A stretch of 44,195 nucleotides of DNA from Vulcanimicrobiaceae bacterium (GTDB taxonomy: Bacteria > Vulcanimicrobiota > Vulcanimicrobiia > Vulcanimicrobiales > Vulcanimicrobiaceae), in the NCBI GenBank assembly GCA_046262595.1, contig JBHEMM010000003.1, forward strand, positions 42,420-86,614. Reading direction: 5' to 3'. Of this stretch, positions 39,167 to 44,195 are shown piece by piece; positions within the stretch are counted from its first letter, which is position 1; the number at the start of each line of letters is the position of its first letter. A program made the translations under genes and the position numbers. The notes below the pieces were generated by a model. It saw only the letters and a list, made by a program, of their open reading frames with translations. It was not told the DNA's origin and did no database searches.

Positions 39167-39529
39167 TTAATGCGCGACCGTCGTTTGATGCAAGGTGACC
39201 TTGTTGCCTTCAGGATCGTTAAACGAACTCAGACGGCACACCGGTGTGTCGTACGCGCCCTCGGGCTCGACACCCTTGGCTTTGAGCGCCGCCATGGTTT
39301 GTTCGAGGTCGTCGACCTCGAACGCGAGACCGGCGCATGGAGCGATCTCGAGCCATTCGACTGTCATGACGGCGAACCAGCCGCTGCCTACGCGCGCTTC
39401 GTCGTACTTCAAGACGCCGTCTTCTTCGAACGCTGCGCTGAACGTCAGCCCCAGCGCATCGCGGTAAAAATCACGCAACGCGGCGACGTTTTTCGCCGGA
39501 TAGGCGGTGAACGCAATATCCTTGATCAT
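39167..39529 (-). CDS. VOC/glyoxalase family protein
   Basis: RDFYRDALGL, LAFEVDDL, FNDPEGNKVTLH. ATGA overlap with dnaJ. Confidence 0.88.
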   Translation of the reverse strand: MIKDIAFTAYPAKNVAALRDFYRDALGLTFSAAFEEDGVLKYDEARVGSGWFAVMTVEWLEIAPCAGLAFEVDDLEQTMAALKAKGVEPEGAYDTPVCRLSSFNDPEGNKVTLHQTTVAH

Positions 39530-40551
39530 GTTTTTTTGCCGTTTCGTAACGTTGCGAGTTCCTTGAAGAGCTTGCGCTCCTTGTCGCTGATATCCGCCGG
39601 CAGCTGGCCGATCAGGCGTACATACAGATCGCCGCTGCCGCCGTCGCGCACTTTCGGCATGCCGCGTCCGGTCAGACGCAGCAGCCGGTTGTTTTGCGTG
39701 CCGGCCGGTACGGTCATCGTGACCTGCCCCGACATCGTGGGCACCTTCACTTCCGAACCCAGGACCAGATCGTAGACGCTGACAGGTAAATCGATATAGA
39801 GATCGTCGCCTTTGCGCCGGTAAGACGGATCGTCGATCAAGTGCACGATGAGAAAGAGATCGCCGTTCGGTCCGCCGGCCACGCCCGCGCCGCCTTGGCC
39901 CGCGAGCCTGATGCGCTGGCCTTCCGCAATGCCCTTCGGCACGGTGACTTCGAACTTTTTGGTCTGCAGCACCCGTCCGGTGCCGTGACAATTCGCGCAA
40001 AGTGAACCGCGCAGCGTTCCGGTACCATGGCAGCGCGGACAGACGTCTTCGACCTGGAGCGCGACGGGCTTTTTGCCGCCGTCGTACGCGTCGCGCAAGG
40101 CCAGTTCGATCGTCGTTTCCAAATCCTGGCCGCGTTGCGCGAAGCCCGAAGCCTGCGCGGTGTTGCGCCGGCCGATGCCGGAGAAAAACATGTCGAAGAA
40201 ATCCGAGAAACCGCTCGGGCCGCCGGTGCCCGCTGCGCCGCCCGGCTCGCCGAAGTTGCCGAAGTTGAACGTTTCGCTTTGCGTGTTTCGATAGCGCCGC
40301 TGCTGCTCCGCCTGCCGTGCCGCTTGCTGCCAGTCGCTTCCGAGCACGTCGTATTTCTTGCGTTTCTCCGGATCGCCTAAGACTTCGTACGCTTCTTGAA
40401 TCTCGCGGAACTTTTCTTCGGATTGTTTTGCATTTTGCGGATTCGCATCGGGATGCCATTTGCGCGCAAGTTTGCGGTACGCCGATTTAATGTCTTTTTC
40501 CGGCGCATTTTTGGGGACGCCGAGGACTTGATAGTAGTCTTTGTAGTTCAT
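39526..40551 (-). CDS. dnaJ: DnaJ/CbpA-type co-chaperone with a reduced zinc finger
   Basis: YKDYYQVLGV, WHPD, EAYEVL.D, G/F region FSDFF, two CxxCxGxG repeats, DnaJ C-terminal domain. Confidence 0.9.
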   Translation of the reverse strand: MNYKDYYQVLGVPKNAPEKDIKSAYRKLARKWHPDANPQNAKQSEEKFREIQEAYEVLGDPEKRKKYDVLGSDWQQAARQAEQQRRYRNTQSETFNFGNFGEPGGAAGTGGPSGFSDFFDMFFSGIGRRNTAQASGFAQRGQDLETTIELALRDAYDGGKKPVALQVEDVCPRCHGTGTLRGSLCANCHGTGRVLQTKKFEVTVPKGIAEGQRIRLAGQGGAGVAGGPNGDLFLIVHLIDDPSYRRKGDDLYIDLPVSVYDLVLGSEVKVPTMSGQVTMTVPAGTQNNRLLRLTGRGMPKVRDGGSGDLYVRLIGQLPADISDKERKLFKELATLRNGKKT

Positions 40552-40730
40552 TTAAAAGGCGCTCCGCCTTGCTGCGCGCCCCCCATCTGCGATGGGGCCC
40601 CCCGGAACCGCATGGCGCCTCGTTGCTGCGGACACTTTGTAGACTCCCCGAGGGCGCCGCCAGGCTGCGCGTTTGGCTGCGCGCGCCCGATTGCGAGCTG
40701 CGAGCTGGGACGCGCCCGTGCCGGCGGCGA

Positions 40731-41237
40731 TCATTCGGATTTGGCGACGATGACTTTGGCGGGGCGCAGCAGGTCGTCGCCGCGCACGTAGCCTTTTTGC
40801 GCTTGTTCCAAAACGATGTCGTCTTGGATGCCGGGCGCGTTCTGCGTGCCGATCGCTTCAGCGATTGCCGGATCGAACGGCTTGCCCTTGACGTCAATGG
40901 GCTTGACGTCGGCCATGGCCAGAACATTCTCGAACTGCCGCAGCGTCTTCTGCAAGCCGTCGCGAAGCGCTTGCGTATTCTCGGCGCTGAAGTTGAGCGC
41001 GCGTTCCAGGTTGTCTAAAACGGGAAGAAAGTTCAGCAGCATCTTGCGCTCGCCGGACGTCGCGATGTCCTTGAACTGACGCTCCATGCGCTTTTTGTAA
41101 TTTTCAAAGTCCGCCATGGCGAACAGGAATTTGTTGTAGTTTTCCTCGGCCCGCGCGTTGGCGGCGTCGAGCTGCGATTGCAGCTCGACGCCCGCCGCCG
41201 GCACGTCCGCTTCCGTAACGTATTCGTCTTGTGACAC
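40731..41237 (-). CDS. grpE: Nucleotide exchange factor GrpE
   Basis: ADFENYKKR, LPVLDNLERAL, FDP...EA, KGY....LLRPAKV. Confidence 0.95.
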   Translation of the reverse strand: MSQDEYVTEADVPAAGVELQSQLDAANARAEENYNKFLFAMADFENYKKRMERQFKDIATSGERKMLLNFLPVLDNLERALNFSAENTQALRDGLQKTLRQFENVLAMADVKPIDVKGKPFDPAIAEAIGTQNAPGIQDDIVLEQAQKGYVRGDDLLRPAKVIVAKSE

Positions 41238-41250
41238 GGCTCAGCAGCCC

Positions 41251-43110
41251 TTACTTGGCTTCTTTGAATTCCGCGTCGATAACGTCTTCGCTCGGTTCGC
41301 CGGGCGTTTCGCCGTTCTCGGAATGCGGTGCGCCTTCGTCCTGCTGAGCATCTTGCGAAGCGCCGTTCGCGCCCGCCGCCGTCTTTTGATACAGCAGTTC
41401 CGCCATCTTGTAGCTGGCCTGCTGCAGACGCTCGACGGCGGGTTTGATATCCGAGAGCGTTCCGTTCTCGCTCACGCGTTTGAGATCGGCAAGCGCCGTC
41501 TCCACTTCGCCGCGCGCGCCCGGGTCGAGCTTCTCGCCCACTTCCTTGAGCGATTTCTCGGTCGAGTAGATGAGGCTGGAGGCTTGATTGCGCACTTCGG
41601 CTTCTTCGCGCTTCGTCTGATCGGCGGCCGCCTGAAGCTCCGCGTCTTTGACCATGCGATCGACTTCGTCTTTGGACAGGTTGGTCGATGCGGTGATCGT
41701 GATCTGCTGCTCTTTGCCGGTGCCCAAGTCTCTTGCGCTTACGTTCACGATGCCGTTCGCATCGATATTGAAAGACACTTCGACTTGCGGTATGCCGCGC
41801 GGCGCAGCGGGAATGCCTTCCAAGCGGAAGCGTCCCATCGTCTTATTGTCAGCCGCCATCGGCCGCTCGCCTTGCAGCACGTGGATGTCGACCGACGTTT
41901 GGCCGTCTTCGGCGGTCGTGAAGACCTGCGACTTTTTCGTCGGAATGGTGGTGTTGCGTTCGATAAGCGTCGTCATGACGCCGCCGAGCGTTTCCAGTCC
42001 GAGCGAGAGCGGCGTCACGTCGAGCAGAACGACATCGCGCACTTCGCCGGCAAGCACGCCGGCTTGAATCGCCGCGCCGACGGCGACCACTTCGTCGGGA
42101 TTGACCGAAAGATTCGGCTCTTTGCCGGTGAGCTTCCTCACGAGTTCCTGAATGACCGGCATGCGGGTGGAACCGCCGACCATGACCACTTCGTCGATTT
42201 GCGAGATATCGATCTTCGCATCTGCAAGCGCGCTCTTGAAGGGCTGCACGCAGCGGTCGGTCAGGTCGCCGGTGAGCTCTTCAAACTTCGCGCGGGTGAA
42301 CGTAAAGTCCATGTGTTTGGGACCGTTTTGATCGGCCGTAATGAACGGCAGATTGATGCTGGTCTGCACCACCGATGACAGCTCGATCTTTGCTTTTTCG
42401 GCGGCTTCCGTCAGCCGCTGCATGGCCTGCTTGTCGCCGCTCAGATCGATGCCCTGTTCCTTGCGGAACTCCGCAACGAGCCACTCGACCACGCGTTGGT
42501 CGTAATCGTCGCCGCCCAAATGCGTATCGCCGTTGGTCGCTTTCACTTCGAATACGCCGTCACCGACTTCGAGAATGGAAACGTCGAAGGTGCCGCCGCC
42601 TAAGTCCCAGACCAAAATCGTCTCGCTGCCTTTTTTATCCAGGCCATATGCGAGCGCCGCTGCGGTCGGCTCGTTGATGATGCGCAGAACGTCGAGTCCG
42701 GCGATCTTGCCGGCATCTTTCGTTGCTTGGCGCTGTGAGTCGTTGAAGTATGCGGGTACTGTGATAACCGCTTTGGTGACGCGTTCGCCTAAATAGTTGC
42801 TCGCGTCGTTGACGAGCTTTTGCAGAATCATCGCCGAGATCTCTTGCGGCGAGTACTCCTTGCCGTCGATCTTGACGTGAAAGTCGGTGCCCATGTGCCG
42901 CTTGATCGAAGCGATCGTGCGGTCCGGGTTGGTGATTGCTTGCCGCTTTGCGAGTTGGCCGACGAGGCGTTCGCCGGTCTTCGTAAAAGCGACGACGGAG
43001 GGCGTCGTGCGGGAACCTTCCGCATTTGCGATGACGGTGGGCGAGCTGCCCTCCATAACGGCAACGACGGAATTCGTCGTGCCGAGGTCGATTCCGACCA
43101 CTTTAGCCAT
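41251..43110 (-). CDS. dnaK: Chaperone DnaK
   Basis: [35 protein letters not shown]-terminal DVIDAEF. ATG at 43110. Confidence 0.98.
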   Translation of the reverse strand: MAKVVGIDLGTTNSVVAVMEGSSPTVIANAEGSRTTPSVVAFTKTGERLVGQLAKRQAITNPDRTIASIKRHMGTDFHVKIDGKEYSPQEISAMILQKLVNDASNYLGERVTKAVITVPAYFNDSQRQATKDAGKIAGLDVLRIINEPTAAALAYGLDKKGSETILVWDLGGGTFDVSILEVGDGVFEVKATNGDTHLGGDDYDQRVVEWLVAEFRKEQGIDLSGDKQAMQRLTEAAEKAKIELSSVVQTSINLPFITADQNGPKHMDFTFTRAKFEELTGDLTDRCVQPFKSALADAKIDISQIDEVVMVGGSTRMPVIQELVRKLTGKEPNLSVNPDEVVAVGAAIQAGVLAGEVRDVVLLDVTPLSLGLETLGGVMTTLIERNTTIPTKKSQVFTTAEDGQTSVDIHVLQGERPMAADNKTMGRFRLEGIPAAPRGIPQVEVSFNIDANGIVNVSARDLGTGKEQQITITASTNLSKDEVDRMVKDAELQAAADQTKREEAEVRNQASSLIYSTEKSLKEVGEKLDPGARGEVETALADLKRVSENGTLSDIKPAVERLQQASYKMAELLYQKTAAGANGASQDAQQDEGAPHSENGETPGEPSEDVIDAEFKEAK

Positions 43111-43216
43111 GAAATTGTTCTCTCTTTCCGAGCCCATGGACCAGCTGTTGGGCGTGCTCTCGCGCCGCCGTACTAAGCCTTGCCGCTTATTGGACTGCAA
43201 GGACGATTGCGATTTG

Positions 43217-43222
43217 ATTATA
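43217..43222 (-). promoter_or_regulatory. Consensus -10 box upstream of dnaK
   Basis: TATAAT on the minus strand in an AT-rich patch ~105 nt before the dnaK ATG. No matching -35. Confidence 0.55.
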
Positions 43223-43349
43223 CTACGCTATCGGACCGCTCGTGTTCCACTCCTTTAGACCCTTTTACGAGGCCTTTTGGTTGCGGACACGACCCGGCGT
43301 GTCGGAGGGCCGGAGCGCTCGTCCGCCCCGACCCCTGAGGCCTTCGCTT

Positions 43350-44075
43350 TTAAGGGCCCTGCTGATCGGGAGGGCCTTGCTGGTCCGGCGGGACGTAGCC
43401 GGCGTTTGCAGGGCGTTCGCCCAGCGTGACCTGCACCAGGCGGCGCGCGCCGGACTGCTGCGACCAGACCTCCGCGGTGGCTTTCTGGCCTGCATGCATC
43501 TTCGCGATCGCGTTGACGAGAGCTTGATTGTCCGTATACGTCTTGCCGTTGAACTGCAAGATCACGTCGCCCGGATTGATGCCGGCTTGATCGGCTGGTG
43601 AGCCGCTCTGGACTTGGTAAACGGCGACCCCGCCTTGGCCGTGGTAGTTTGTCTGGCTCCGGAAGCCCGGCGTTACGGGGCCGAGCACGACGCCGAGGAA
43701 GGCCTGCGCCGCGGGTTGCGTGATTCCCGGATGCGCTATCATCTCCGCGACCACTTTGCGCACGGTGTTCGAAGGAATGGCGAAGCCGATGCCCTCAGCG
43801 CCGCCGCGCAGTGTGGATTGGTTCACACCGATGACGTCGCCGTTCGTATCGATGAGCGGGCCGCCGGAGTTGCCCGGATTGATTGGCGCCGAGGTCTGCA
43901 TCAATCCCTTGAAGGTGTACGTCTGACCGGTTTCGCTTTGGATCGGCTCACTGCGGTTGAACGCGGAAACGACCCCGACGCTGACGCTTTGCTGCAGTTC
44001 GTACGGTTCGCCGATCGCGATCGCCCATTGGCCCTGCTGCGCTTTATCGGAGTCCGCGAGCGTCAACGCCGGCGG
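43350..44075 (-). CDS. HtrA/DegP-family serine protease with PDZ domain, 5' part missing
   Basis: LADSD..QQGQWAIAIG.P, GVVSA, MQTSAPINPGNSGGPL, GIGFAIP, PDZ GSPA..AGI..GDVI. Homology stops at about 44075. Confidence 0.88.
   Translation of the reverse strand, partial: PPALTLADSDKAQQGQWAIAIGEPYELQQSVSVGVVSAFNRSEPIQSETGQTYTFKGLMQTSAPINPGNSGGPLIDTNGDVIGVNQSTLRGGAEGIGFAIPSNTVRKVVAEMIAHPGITQPAAQAFLGVVLGPVTPGFRSQTNYHGQGGVAVYQVQSGSPADQAGINPGDVILQFNGKTYTDNQALVNAIAKMHAGQKATAEVWSQQSGARRLVQVTLGERPANAGYVPPDQQGPPDQQGP
43353..43391 (-). repeat. Short in-frame tandem duplication encoding PPDQQG-PPDQQGP
   Basis: Near-duplicated 18-nt unit at the 3' end of the protease gene. Confidence 0.7.
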
Positions 44076-44195
44076 AACGACAGCGGCGAAGCTGACGTGC
44101 ACGGGTGCGACCAGCTGCGCCGGAACCCTCGAGCTTCTGTATCCGGCGGTCGGGGGAGCCAAGCGCGCCGTGATCGCCCACGCCCGCTTCAGCGT

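Noticed and set aside
43150..43176. Possible CIRCE upstream of dnaK (minus strand TTAGTAC...GAGCACG)
   Set aside because: Only part of the left arm resembles TTAGCACTC. The right arm is not GAGTGCTAA and the arms are not complementary.
43265..43349. Hairpins after htrA (e.g. GACACG/CGTGTC) as a terminator or ncRNA
   Set aside because: Short stems with no U-tract on the coding strand.
1..44195. CRISPR arrays, tRNA/rRNA, transposases, integrases, prophage or known defence systems
   Set aside because: No repeat-spacer periodicity, cloverleaf or recombinase/phage motifs were seen on reading both strands. A formal scan was not possible.

Overview
A gene-dense, GC-rich bacterial chromosomal segment of about 40 genes, mostly housekeeping or metabolic. 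Gene content and style suggest a soil Terrabacteria lineage such as Eremiobacterota; this is an inference, not a search result. In order: pdxS(partial)-pdxT, an HNH nuclease, decayed bioD and bioB remnants, an Orn/Lys/Arg decarboxylase, a Ycf45-like ATPase, tmk, holB, mtnP, a peptide-binding lipoprotein, DUF151, ychF, a Glu/Leu/Phe/Val dehydrogenase, an RND pump, lipA-lipB-lpdA, a MocR-NTase-mutY-S9-S9-nth run, a DPP-IV-like peptidase, a VIT1 protein, a secreted Lys/Ala-rich protein, an acyl-CoA dehydrogenase, scoAB, ABC transporters, VOC-dnaJ-grpE-dnaK and a truncated htrA. I see no rRNA, tRNA, CRISPR array, transposase or prophage. The most interesting signals are: (1) a ~150-nt rod-like, two-state RNA structure with a coupled uORF directly upstream of the HNH gene; (2) a signal-peptide-bearing histone-H1-like polycation; (3) two probable pseudo-enzymes in the MocR operon; (4) a structured spacer with a doubly coupled mini-ORF between grpE and dnaJ; (5) decayed biotin genes; (6) a probable chimeric junction in the last ~120 bp. 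All calls come from motif recognition and by-eye pairing; no database searches or folding programs were run.
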